This document shows, piece by piece, positions 41,216 to 50,094 of a stretch of DNA of 64,000 nt; within the stretch, counting starts at the first letter, position 1, and each line of letters begins with the position of its first letter. The position numbers were made by a program, and so were the translations under genes. The notes under the pieces were generated by a model, which was given only the letters and a program-made list of their open reading frames with translations, was not told where the DNA came from and did not search any database. The DNA comes from Novosphingobium sp. BL-A-41-H4 (GTDB taxonomy: Bacteria; Pseudomonadota; Alphaproteobacteria; Sphingomonadales; Sphingomonadaceae): the NCBI GenBank assembly GCA_051942645.1, contig JBPVJP010000001.1:1054812-1118811 (forward strand), in the 5' to 3' direction.

Positions 41216-42133
41216 ATGGGGATTCACTTCTTTCCCGGGGGGCAAGACGCACTCTATCGACATTGGGCCGCGGCCAGTCGGGAGATCGTGCTGGCCTGCG
41301 ATCTGGCCGGGAGGATCATCCAGGCGACTGCCGCAGCGGCTCGGCTGGGCCGGGGCCGGGCCGAGAGCCTGCATGGGTTGCCGATCTGGGAATGCCTGTC
41401 ACCACCCGACGCCAGGCACCTGCAATCGCTGTATAATCAGGCCATGGCGGATGGCTGCCGGACGGGCTGGATCGAGATCGAGCTTGCCAACCTTCCCCCC
41501 GCCCGGCGCTGGCATGAACTGCGGATCGACCCCGTCTTGCTCGGTGACAGCCATCTTCCCGGAGCAATCTGCATACTGCGTTCGATTGCCGAACGCCGCG
41601 AGCTGGAGCGCGAGGCATTTGCCGCGGCGATGACCGATCAGCTGACCGGCTTCACCAACCGGGCGGCGTTTCTGACCATGCTCGATCACCTGGCCCACCA
41701 GGAAGTGCCGGGCTGCCTGACCTTGATCGACCTCGACCGGTTCCGTGCGATCAACCTCCGCCACGGTCATGAGGTGGGTGATTGTTTGCTAACAAGCTTC
41801 GCGGCAATGCTGCGCCGCCTGACCAGCCCGCGACACATCCTGTCGCGGATCGATGGTGAAAGTTTCGCGGTGATCATGCCCGGCGAGCCCGTCGCCACCG
41901 GCGCAGAATTGGGTGAAGCGGTTCGTTCGGCGCTGGCCGAAGTCGCACGGGATGCATCACCCGGAGAGCTGCCCTTCACCGCCAGCGTTGGCGTTGCCGC
42001 ACTTGACCGGAGCCGCGATGTCACGCTCCGCGCCGCCGAACTCGCGGTCACCGAGGCCAAGGCGCGCGGCCGGGCGCAGGTTGCGACTTGCCCCCCGGGC
42101 CGCTTGCGCCTGCCCTGGCGGCGGCGGGGCTAG
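41216..42133 (+). CDS. PAS - degenerate GGDEF domain protein
   Basis: PAS-like N-terminus. GGDEF fold ([29 protein letters not shown]), but the active-site pentapeptide reads DGESF ([10 protein letters not shown]). No RxxD I-site. ATG 41216 chosen; the ORF is open from 41171. Confidence 0.8.
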   Translation: MGIHFFPGGQDALYRHWAAASREIVLACDLAGRIIQATAAAARLGRGRAESLHGLPIWECLSPPDARHLQSLYNQAMADGCRTGWIEIELANLPPARRWHELRIDPVLLGDSHLPGAICILRSIAERRELEREAFAAAMTDQLTGFTNRAAFLTMLDHLAHQEVPGCLTLIDLDRFRAINLRHGHEVGDCLLTSFAAMLRRLTSPRHILSRIDGESFAVIMPGEPVATGAELGEAVRSALAEVARDASPGELPFTASVGVAALDRSRDVTLRAAELAVTEAKARGRAQVATCPPGRLRLPWRRRG

Positions 42134-43404
42134 GCCGCCTGCCGCACGTGATTGAGGAAGTCGTCAACCTGATTGCGCAAGGCCGCCGACTGGTGCTTGA
42201 GCTCGCTTGACGAGCCCAGCACCTGGCTGGCCGCCGCACCGGTCGCCAGCGCGCCTGCCCGGACCTGGCCGATAGAGGTGGAAACCAGTTCGGTGCTGCG
42301 CGCGGCAAGGTCGATCGAGCGGGCCAGGTCCTGCCCGGCTGCCGACTGTTGATCGACCGCCGCGGCAATCGAGACCGAGGTGATTTCCAGATCGTTGATC
42401 TGGCGGGCAATCGATTGGAGCGAAGTCACGCTGGTGCCCGTATCTTCCTGGATCTTCTGGATCTGCACCGCGACGCGCTCGGTCGCCTTGGCGGTCTGGG
42501 CGGCCAGCTCCTTCACCTCGGCAGCCACCACGGCAAAGCCGCGCCCGGCCTCGCCGCCGCGCGCCGCCTCGATCGAGGCATTGAGCGCGAGCAGGTTGGT
42601 GCGCTGGGCGATCGAGGAGATCAGCTCGACAATCTGGCCCACTTCGGCAGCGGATTCGGCCAGGGCACCAATCGTGCTATCAGCCTTGCGGGTGGCTTCC
42701 GCGGCCTTGCGCGCCAGTTCGGCCGAACCGGACGCCTGACGGCTGATTTCGTTGATCGACAGCGCGAATTCGTCAGTGGCAGCGGCGGCGGCGGTCACCC
42801 CGGCAGCGGCATTGTCCATCGCATCGGCCACGGTACCGGACTGGCGGGCCGAGACTTCGGCGCTTTCGGCCATGGCGGTAGCAGTCGATTCAAGCTGCGA
42901 CGAGGCCGCGGCCACACCGTTCACGATCTCGCTGACCTGGCGCTCAAACCGTGCGGCCAGTTCGGCCAGTTGCGCCGCGTGGAGTTCCTGCCGGGCCTGG
43001 GCCTGCTCCCGCAGGTCCTTGAGCAGGAAGGACGCCTTCTTCGCCTTTTCCAGCGCGCGGCACATCATTCCGATCTCATCGGCGCGCTCGGTATGCTTCA
43101 CTTCAAGATCATAGACCCCTTCCCCGATCTTGTTCATGCCGTCGGCCAGATCCTCGAACGGCCGAATCACATGCTCCATCACGTAGCGACCGGTAAACAC
43201 CGAATAGATCAGGCTGGCCGCCGCAACCAGCAGCGGCAGGGTGATGATCGTCCAGGGGGCATCAAAGGCCAGCAGCGTTGCGGCACTGACCCCGCTGACG
43301 AGCAGCGTCACCAGGTTCGAAGCCAGCAGCAGCACCCTGAGCTTGCCCGCGACTGACAGGTCAACGAACCAGTTCTTGGAATTGGACATGGCGGACATCG
43401 GCAT
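42130..43404 (-). CDS. methyl-accepting chemotaxis protein (2 TM, minimal periplasmic loop, HAMP)
   Basis: Signalling hairpin [37 protein letters not shown]. Its 3' end overlaps the convergent 41216-42133 gene by 4 nt. Confidence 0.92.
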   Translation of the reverse strand: MPMSAMSNSKNWFVDLSVAGKLRVLLLASNLVTLLVSGVSAATLLAFDAPWTIITLPLLVAAASLIYSVFTGRYVMEHVIRPFEDLADGMNKIGEGVYDLEVKHTERADEIGMMCRALEKAKKASFLLKDLREQAQARQELHAAQLAELAARFERQVSEIVNGVAAASSQLESTATAMAESAEVSARQSGTVADAMDNAAAGVTAAAAATDEFALSINEISRQASGSAELARKAAEATRKADSTIGALAESAAEVGQIVELISSIAQRTNLLALNASIEAARGGEAGRGFAVVAAEVKELAAQTAKATERVAVQIQKIQEDTGTSVTSLQSIARQINDLEITSVSIAAAVDQQSAAGQDLARSIDLAARSTELVSTSIGQVRAGALATGAAASQVLGSSSELKHQSAALRNQVDDFLNHVRQAA

Positions 43405-43410
43405 GGTTCC

Positions 43411-44964
43411 CTAGCGGTTACCGCCCCGAGCGCGCCGGGGGGCGTCGGAGCCGGAGGAGAGGTTTGCGGCCAGCGCGGTGCTGGCGGCGATATCGGTGGC
43501 GAGCTGGCGGGTCAGTTCATCGGCCGGAACGGCGCGCGAATAGAGCCAGCCCTGCATCTGGTCGCAGCCGGCGGTACGGGCCATGCTGGCCTGGCCTTCG
43601 GTCTCGATACCCTCGGCGGTCACCTGCATGCCCAGCGCCTTGGCCATGGTCACGCTGGACGCCATGACGGTCCGCGTGGCGGCATCGCCGGTGGCGTCAA
43701 CGATCAGCGAGCGGTCCAGCTTGAGCTTTTCGAAGCGGAATCGGCGAAGGAAGCCGATCGAGGCATAGCCGGTGCCATAGTCATCGAGCACGATGCCCAC
43801 GCCAAAATCGCGCAGCATTTCCAGGTTGCGCCCCGCCACCAGCGGATCACCAACCAGGAAGGTTTCGGTCAGTTCCAGTTCCAGCCGCTCGGGCGGGAAG
43901 CCGGTTTCTTCCAGGATCTGGCCCAGCTGGAGCGGAAACTGGGTGTTGCGCAGTTGGGCGACGGAGACGTTGACCGACACCTTGATCCCGTCCCAGCCCA
44001 ACGCATCGCGGCAGGCGCGGCGCAGAACCCAGAGGCCCAGCGCCTCGATCAGTCCGGTTTCCTCGGCCACGGGGATGAACTGGTCAGGCCCGATCCGGCG
44101 ACCATCAGGCCGTTCCCAGCGAACCAGCGCCTCGACCGCACAGACCCGGCCGGTGCGGCTGTCGATCAGCGGCTGGTAATGGACCTGCAGTTCATCGCGT
44201 TCCAGCGCGGCGCGCAGGTCAAGGTCGATCTCGTGCAGCCAGGCCCGGTCACGGTCGAATTCGGCGCTGAACCAGGTCACCCGGCCCTTGCCGCGCGCCT
44301 TGGCGACATACATCGCCACGTCCGCCTGACGCAGCAGGATGGACGAAGTGCTGGTCCGCCCGGCCTGCCCGCGCGCCAGCCCGATGCTGGCCCCCAGCGC
44401 CAGCGCACGCTCATCGATCATGATCGGATCGGCAAGCCGCAGCAGCAAGCGGCGGCACAGACCTTCGAGGATGGTCCCCGCCAAAGGGCCTGACGTGACG
44501 ATAGCGAACTCGTCTCCGCCAAGTCGATAGGCGGTCGCCCCATCCTCGCACAGTCCGGACAACAGCCGCGCCACTTCCTTGATGGTTCGATCGCCGACCG
44601 AATGGCCGTAGAAGTCATTAACCGACTTGAACCCGTCGAGATCGATCAGCGCGATCGCCAGTTCATCGCCGGTGGCAACATCACGGGCGATATTGCGATG
44701 CAGGGCGCGGCGGTTGGGCAGCCCGCACAGGCTGTCCGACAGGGCCATCAGCTCCAGCCTTTGGCGGTTGCGCTGCTCGTGCCGCACGAGCAGCACGGTG
44801 ACCAGCAGATAGATTGCAAATCCACCCACAAACAGGAGATTGCGCCCCAAAGCACCTGGCTGCAGAACCTCATCGGCCAGCAGCACCGCCACGAAGATCG
44901 CTCCGGGCACTGCAAACAGCAGTGCCAGTCGAGACGATCCGGCCATGGCAAGCAGCTTCCGCAA
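43411..44964 (-). CDS. membrane-anchored GGDEF-EAL protein (both motifs intact)
   Basis: N-terminal TM segments. YRLGGDEFAIV. EAL region CAVEALVRWERPDG, DDYGTGYAS, KLDRSL. Confidence 0.92.
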   Translation of the reverse strand: MRKLLAMAGSSRLALLFAVPGAIFVAVLLADEVLQPGALGRNLLFVGGFAIYLLVTVLLVRHEQRNRQRLELMALSDSLCGLPNRRALHRNIARDVATGDELAIALIDLDGFKSVNDFYGHSVGDRTIKEVARLLSGLCEDGATAYRLGGDEFAIVTSGPLAGTILEGLCRRLLLRLADPIMIDERALALGASIGLARGQAGRTSTSSILLRQADVAMYVAKARGKGRVTWFSAEFDRDRAWLHEIDLDLRAALERDELQVHYQPLIDSRTGRVCAVEALVRWERPDGRRIGPDQFIPVAEETGLIEALGLWVLRRACRDALGWDGIKVSVNVSVAQLRNTQFPLQLGQILEETGFPPERLELELTETFLVGDPLVAGRNLEMLRDFGVGIVLDDYGTGYASIGFLRRFRFEKLKLDRSLIVDATGDAATRTVMASSVTMAKALGMQVTAEGIETEGQASMARTAGCDQMQGWLYSRAVPADELTRQLATDIAASTALAANLSSGSDAPRRARGGNR

Positions 44965-45062
44965 GATTTCGATCCCCCGTTATCTTTCCGAGGGTTAGCC
45001 CGTGCAAGGTTAAGATGATGCTAATCGCGCACGGATTGTAACAGGTGGGAAGAGCGCCTTGC

Positions 45063-45905
45063 TCAGGCCGCAAGTGCCTGTCCGGATTGGCGATAAAGCG
45101 CACAATCGGACGCAGCGGCAACGAAGCCGGTAGCCCGGTCCAGCGTCCCTTCGCCCCCGCCCAGCAACAGTCGGCCATGCGGTGCCAGCGCCGCGTGCAG
45201 CCGCGCACAGGCAGCCCGCTTGGCCGTATCGTCAAAGTACAGCAACAGGTTGCGGCACAGGATCAGGTCGAACGCCGGGCCGGGCACGGGGCTTTCCAGC
45301 AGGTTACCCACTTCATAACGGATCATGCCCAGCAACTGACGCGATGCCTGCCAGCCATCGTCCTGTTCACTGAAGTGGCGCAGCATCTGCCCCACGCTCA
45401 GCCCGCGCTGGATTTCGAACCTCGAGTAAAGCCCGCGCCGCGCAGCCTCGATCGCGCCGCGCGAAACGTCGGTGGCGACCAGTTCGACGGTCCAGCCATT
45501 GCTTGCGGTGATGCCCTGTTCGATCAGCATGATCGCCAGCGACAAGGCCTCCTGCCCGGTGGAACAACCAGCCGACCAGATCCGCAGATGACGCGTTTCA
45601 GCCCGGGCGCGGCACAGCGCGGGTACGACAGCGCTGGCCAGTTGGCCGAATACCTGGCGATCGCGGAAGAAATAGGTCTCGTTGTTGAGCAACGCCTCGA
45701 CCAGTTCGTCCTCGACCGCCGCCGCATCGGGCTGGGTCAGCAGGGTCAGGATATCGCCGCTGCGGACAATCCCGCGGCGGCGCAGCACCGCCTCGATCGC
45801 ACGGTCGATCCGCCAGCGGCGGTCTTCGCTGATCACCTGGCCGGTGCGTTCGCGCAGCAGACGGGCGATCAGGCCGATGGCATGCTGTTGAAGCGACCGT
45901 TCCAT
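45063..45905 (-). CDS. cheR: chemotaxis protein methyltransferase CheR
   Basis: NETYFFRD, LRIWSAGCSTGQEALSLAI, DLILCRNLLLYF. ATG 45905; the 45906-46181 portion of the ORF is spurious. Confidence 0.93.
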   Translation of the reverse strand: MERSLQQHAIGLIARLLRERTGQVISEDRRWRIDRAIEAVLRRRGIVRSGDILTLLTQPDAAAVEDELVEALLNNETYFFRDRQVFGQLASAVVPALCRARAETRHLRIWSAGCSTGQEALSLAIMLIEQGITASNGWTVELVATDVSRGAIEAARRGLYSRFEIQRGLSVGQMLRHFSEQDDGWQASRQLLGMIRYEVGNLLESPVPGPAFDLILCRNLLLYFDDTAKRAACARLHAALAPHGRLLLGGGEGTLDRATGFVAAASDCALYRQSGQALAA

Positions 45906-45910
45906 CACGC

Positions 45911-47005
45911 TCACACCGGCCGGGCACAGGCGGCCACGCGCGCCGCAATGTCGCGGGGGTGGAGCACGGCGGCGGCCAGGCCAGCCCGCGCGATCGAACC
46001 GGGCATGCCCCAGACGGCCGAGCTGACTTCGTTCTGGACCAGGATGTTGCCACCCGCCGCGACCACGGCGCGGGCACCCTCGGTCCCGTCGCGGCCCATG
46101 CCGGTCAGCACCACGCCCAGCACGTTGGGTCCATAGACCTCTGCCAGCGAAGCGAACATCGGGTCGACCGCGGGCATGCACCCCGTTTCCGACGGGCTGC
46201 GATCGAGCCGGATCATGATCCGCTGGTCAATCCGCTTGACCGTGACATGGGCATCGCCCGGAGCAAGGTGGATCTGCTCGGGCAGCAATTCCATCCCGTC
46301 CTCGGCAATCGCCACCTCGCGGCCCGAAAACTCGCGCAGCTGATTGGCATAGGGCCGGGTAAACTCGGCCGGAAGGTGCTGGGTAATGATGATCGGCATA
46401 CCCAGAACCGGCGGCAGCGCGCCGAGCAACTGGCCGGTGGCGTGGATCCCGCCGGTCGAGGCGCCGATGGCCAGCACTTCCGGTCGAACCCCGGTAAGGG
46501 CCCGACGGGGCGGTGCAGCCATCACCGGCGCGGTGCCGGGGCGGCGCAACGGGCGGCGGCCCAGGCCCTTGATCCGCTCGATCAGGCGCTCGCGATAGCC
46601 CTGGTCAAACCCGCCCAGCCCCGGCTTGCGGAGCGCATCGGCCGCTCCCAGCGCCAGCGCCTGAACGGTATGCTCGGCCCCTTCCGCCGTCAGCGTGGAC
46701 ACCACCATGACCCGCGCCGAACCGGATCGCCGGATGATTTCCGGCAGCGCCCGCATTCCGCCCATGCCGGGCATTTCCAGATCGAGCAGGATCACGTGGA
46801 CATGCAGGCTGCCCAGCTGCGCCAGGGCATCTTCGGCAGTCGTGGCGGTTCCGGCCAGTTCAAGTCCCGGTTCGCTCTCGACCAGCCGGGAAAAGGCCGA
46901 GCGGACGAGGGCGGAATCATCGACAATGAAGACACGGATCGACCCGGCCAGAGGACCGACCGAGCCGCCCCCGCCTGGATCGAACCGGGCCGTCTGAAAG
47001 GTCAC
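45911..47005 (-). CDS. cheB: protein-glutamate methylesterase CheB (REC + methylesterase)
   Basis: REC (IRVFIVDDSALVR...LLDLEMPGMGG). Esterase (IGASTGG, ...GMGRDG...). GTG 47005 overlaps the cheY stop (GTGA). Confidence 0.9.
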   Translation of the reverse strand: MTFQTARFDPGGGGSVGPLAGSIRVFIVDDSALVRSAFSRLVESEPGLELAGTATTAEDALAQLGSLHVHVILLDLEMPGMGGMRALPEIIRRSGSARVMVVSTLTAEGAEHTVQALALGAADALRKPGLGGFDQGYRERLIERIKGLGRRPLRRPGTAPVMAAPPRRALTGVRPEVLAIGASTGGIHATGQLLGALPPVLGMPIIITQHLPAEFTRPYANQLREFSGREVAIAEDGMELLPEQIHLAPGDAHVTVKRIDQRIMIRLDRSPSETGCMPAVDPMFASLAEVYGPNVLGVVLTGMGRDGTEGARAVVAAGGNILVQNEVSSAVWGMPGSIARAGLAAAVLHPRDIAARVAACARPV

Positions 47006-47424
47006 GCCATGATCCCGATCAGTTGCAGCTTCAGCAGCAGGGTTTCGTGATCGAATGGCTTCATCACATATTCGTCGGCCCCGGCGGTAATGGCCTCGCG
47101 GATATGGTTGGCATCGTATTCGGTCGTGCAGAACACCACCTTGGGTGCCGCGCCATCGGGTCGGGCCCGCAGCGCGCGCAGAAAGGCAATGCCGTCCATG
47201 ACCGGCATGTTCCAATCGAGCAGGATCAGGTCGGGCATGGCCGCATCGCAGGCGGAGAGGGCCTGCTGCCCATCCTCCGCCTCGAGCGCGGTCATCCCGA
47301 GGCTCTCGACGATATGGCGCGAGATGCGCCGGATCACTCGCGAATCCTCGACGATCAGGCAGGTAAGGGCGCTTTCGCCCGCGCCGAGCGGGGCTCCCTC
47401 GATCGCTCCGGTTGCTGCGTTCAT
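47002..47424 (-). CDS. cheY: CheY-like single-domain response regulator
   Basis: LIVEDSRVIRR...DLILLDWNMPVMDG...VVFCTTE...KPF. Confidence 0.9.
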   Translation of the reverse strand: MNAATGAIEGAPLGAGESALTCLIVEDSRVIRRISRHIVESLGMTALEAEDGQQALSACDAAMPDLILLDWNMPVMDGIAFLRALRARPDGAAPKVVFCTTEYDANHIREAITAGADEYVMKPFDHETLLLKLQLIGIMA

Positions 47425-47427
47425 GGG

Positions 47428-47862
47428 TCAGGCTGCCTTCTGCTGGGGTTCGATCCCGACGAGCCTGGTCAGATCGACCAGCATGACGGTGCCGACGGCT
47501 GTATCTATCATTCCGACCGCGCTGCGCGCCCAGCCGGGGGAAAGCTTCATCTTGACGGGCTGGACCTCGCCCTCGCCCGGCAGCACATGCTCCACGGCAT
47601 CGACCGCAAGCGCATAACCCACCCCGTCGATCTCCACGACCACGGCAAAGCGCGCCGGATGGGGCCGGGTCGGCAGGTCGAGCGCCAGCGCAACGTCGAT
47701 CACCGTCAGCGTGCGGCTGCGCTGGGTAGCCAGGCCGGCGATGATCCCCGGCGCGCGCGGCACCGGCACGATCGCGCCAAGCTCGATCACCGACTGGACC
47801 TCGACCGCCGCCATGGCGATCCGCTCCCCGGCAACGCGGGCAATCAGCAGGTCATTGTTCAT
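47428..47862 (-). CDS. cheW: chemotaxis coupling protein CheW
   Basis: 144 aa CheW-like fold (LLIARVAGERIAMAAVEVQSVIE...). Its start overlaps the cheA stop. Confidence 0.88.
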   Translation of the reverse strand: MNNDLLIARVAGERIAMAAVEVQSVIELGAIVPVPRAPGIIAGLATQRSRTLTVIDVALALDLPTRPHPARFAVVVEIDGVGYALAVDAVEHVLPGEGEVQPVKMKLSPGWARSAVGMIDTAVGTVMLVDLTRLVGIEPQQKAA

Positions 47863-49943
47863 GCGTACCTCCGCGCGCCGTCATCCGCCCCGATCAGCCC
47901 GCCGGCTCGCGCCAGCACCGCCAGGTCAAGCAGTTCGAGCGACCGGCCCTCGTGCAGCACCAGTTGCCGCCCAGCCTCGCCGGTCAACGTCGCCAGATCG
48001 ATGTCGGCCGTGTCGATTGCCCCGGCGGTGGCATAGGCCAATCGCGCGCCGGCCTGCGACAGGACCAGCACGTCGACACTCTCGCCAGCCAGCTCTCCAG
48101 CCAGACCGTGCAGCGGCACGATCGCCTCTTCGAACACGATATGCGGGAAGCCTCCGCCATGGGCGATTTCGTCCAGCGGCACGTCGATCAGCCGCTCGAC
48201 CGTGGCCATCGGCACCGCCCGGGCGATCCCATCCAGCCCGGCGAACAGGATCATTGCCGCCAGGTCGCGGGCCTCTTCATTCGCCTGGGCATCGGTCTGG
48301 ACAGCAGTGCGGGCTTGACGGTCGGTATTGAGGCCGCCGAGTTGCGAAACGCCGTGCAGATCCAGCATCAGCGCCGGCTGCCCATCGTTGAGCTGTGCCA
48401 CCCCGACATAAAGCCCGGTGGCGATGACCTGCGGCGCGACCGGGCGGATCACCAGGTCGCAGTGGTCGGCAATCCCGTCGACGCACAGCGCGAAGACCGA
48501 TCCGTCGATCATCTTGAGCATGACCAGCGTCTGCCGGTCGGGATCGGTTTCACCGGCAATGCCGAACAGGTCCGCCAGGCCGAGGCAGGGATAGAGCTCG
48601 CCGCGCACCCGCACGTGGCGCATCCCGCCGATCCGGTCCACCTCTACATCCCGGCCATTGCGGACGATCTCGCGCACGAACGAGCGCGGCACGGCAAAGA
48701 CCTGCCCTCCCGCCTCGACCGTGATCGAGGGCACGATCGACAGGGTCAGTGGAACGTCGAGCATGATCCGGCACCCTTCGCCGGGCGTGCTGAGGATCCG
48801 CAGCTTCCCGCCGATCCGCTCGATGCTGGCGCGCACGACATCCATGCCCACGCCGCGCCCCGAAATCGCGGTGACTTCGGCCGCGGTCGACAGCCCCGGT
48901 TCGCAGACCAGCATCAGGCGCTGGGCCGGATCGAGCCGCGCGGCATCCTCGGCCGAAATGACGCCGCGTTCGATCGCGCGGGCCACCACCTTGTCGCCAT
49001 CGATCCCGCGCCCGTCGTCAAGGATCGCGATGCGGATCTCGTTCCCGGTCTGGCGGGCCGACAGCATCAGCCGCCCGGCGGGACGCTTGCCCGCCGCGCG
49101 GCGCTCGGCCGGTGCCTCGATGCCATGATCGATCGCATTGCGGATAATGTGCAGCAGTGGATCGCGCAGCAGTTCGATCATCTCGCGGTCCAGTTCGACC
49201 TGCCCGCTCTCGATCTCCAGTTCCACGTCCTTGCCCAGTTCGACGGCCAGGTCGCGGATCATCCGCTGATAGCTGTCGAGCAGGGTGGCAATCGGCTGCA
49301 TGCGCACCCGCGCCATCGCCGTCTGCAATTCCGACAGCAGCGAGGAAAGGCGCCCGAAATTGGCCAGCAGCGCCGGATCACCGTCGCTTTGCCGCAACTG
49401 CCGCTCCAGTTCGTTGCGGACCAGGATCATGTCGGACACGCCGCTCATCACGCGGTCGACCAGGCTGGTCGGCAGGCGGACAGAACGGAAAGGGTCGCGC
49501 GCCTTCGCAGCCTTGGCAGGGGCGGCTTCGACTGCCGGGAGTACTTCCGGTTCAGGCAAAGGTGCGGCGGCCGCCGGGCGCGCCGCGCAAGCGGCAATCA
49601 AGGCGCTGTCGTCACCCTCGCTCAGTTGCCCCCCTTCGGCGAGCGTTTCGATCATCGCGCCGATGCGGTCGATCACGGCCAGCACGGCGTCGACCAGCGG
49701 GCGGTCGATCGCGCGCTGCCCGGCGCGGGCCTCGCCCAGTGCATCCTCGGCGGCGTGGGCCAGCGCTTCCAGCCGGGGCAGGTCAAAAAATCCGCAGTTG
49801 CCCTTGACCGTGTGGACGAAGCGGAAAATCTCGTCGAGCAGGGCGCGGTCCTCTGGCTCGCGCTCCCAGGCCACGAGTCCGCGTTCGAGCGCTTGCAGCA
49901 TCTCGCGCGATTCAGCGATGAATTCGGTAATGAGGTCGTCCAT
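47859..49943 (-). CDS. cheA: chemotaxis histidine kinase CheA with two C-terminal CheW-like domains
   Basis: HPt (FRFVHTVKGNCGFF), dimerisation domain, HATPase (DDGRGID, GRGVGMDVV), P5, then a second CheW-like segment (MILFAGLDGIARAVPMATVERLIDV...). ATG 49943. Confidence 0.93.
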   Translation of the reverse strand: MDDLITEFIAESREMLQALERGLVAWEREPEDRALLDEIFRFVHTVKGNCGFFDLPRLEALAHAAEDALGEARAGQRAIDRPLVDAVLAVIDRIGAMIETLAEGGQLSEGDDSALIAACAARPAAAAPLPEPEVLPAVEAAPAKAAKARDPFRSVRLPTSLVDRVMSGVSDMILVRNELERQLRQSDGDPALLANFGRLSSLLSELQTAMARVRMQPIATLLDSYQRMIRDLAVELGKDVELEIESGQVELDREMIELLRDPLLHIIRNAIDHGIEAPAERRAAGKRPAGRLMLSARQTGNEIRIAILDDGRGIDGDKVVARAIERGVISAEDAARLDPAQRLMLVCEPGLSTAAEVTAISGRGVGMDVVRASIERIGGKLRILSTPGEGCRIMLDVPLTLSIVPSITVEAGGQVFAVPRSFVREIVRNGRDVEVDRIGGMRHVRVRGELYPCLGLADLFGIAGETDPDRQTLVMLKMIDGSVFALCVDGIADHCDLVIRPVAPQVIATGLYVGVAQLNDGQPALMLDLHGVSQLGGLNTDRQARTAVQTDAQANEEARDLAAMILFAGLDGIARAVPMATVERLIDVPLDEIAHGGGFPHIVFEEAIVPLHGLAGELAGESVDVLVLSQAGARLAYATAGAIDTADIDLATLTGEAGRQLVLHEGRSLELLDLAVLARAGGLIGADDGARRYA

Positions 49944-50094
49944 CGGCGGCAGTCTCCACCGCTGGCTATGGACGAATATCGTTAATCGGGGGTTATGGAC
50001 CGGGTGGCAATGCCATGGTTTCGCCAGGCTGCCTTGACCAGCTGTTAACCATTGCCCGTTAGCCAAAACGCCAGACCAAGTCTGGGGCAATTGC

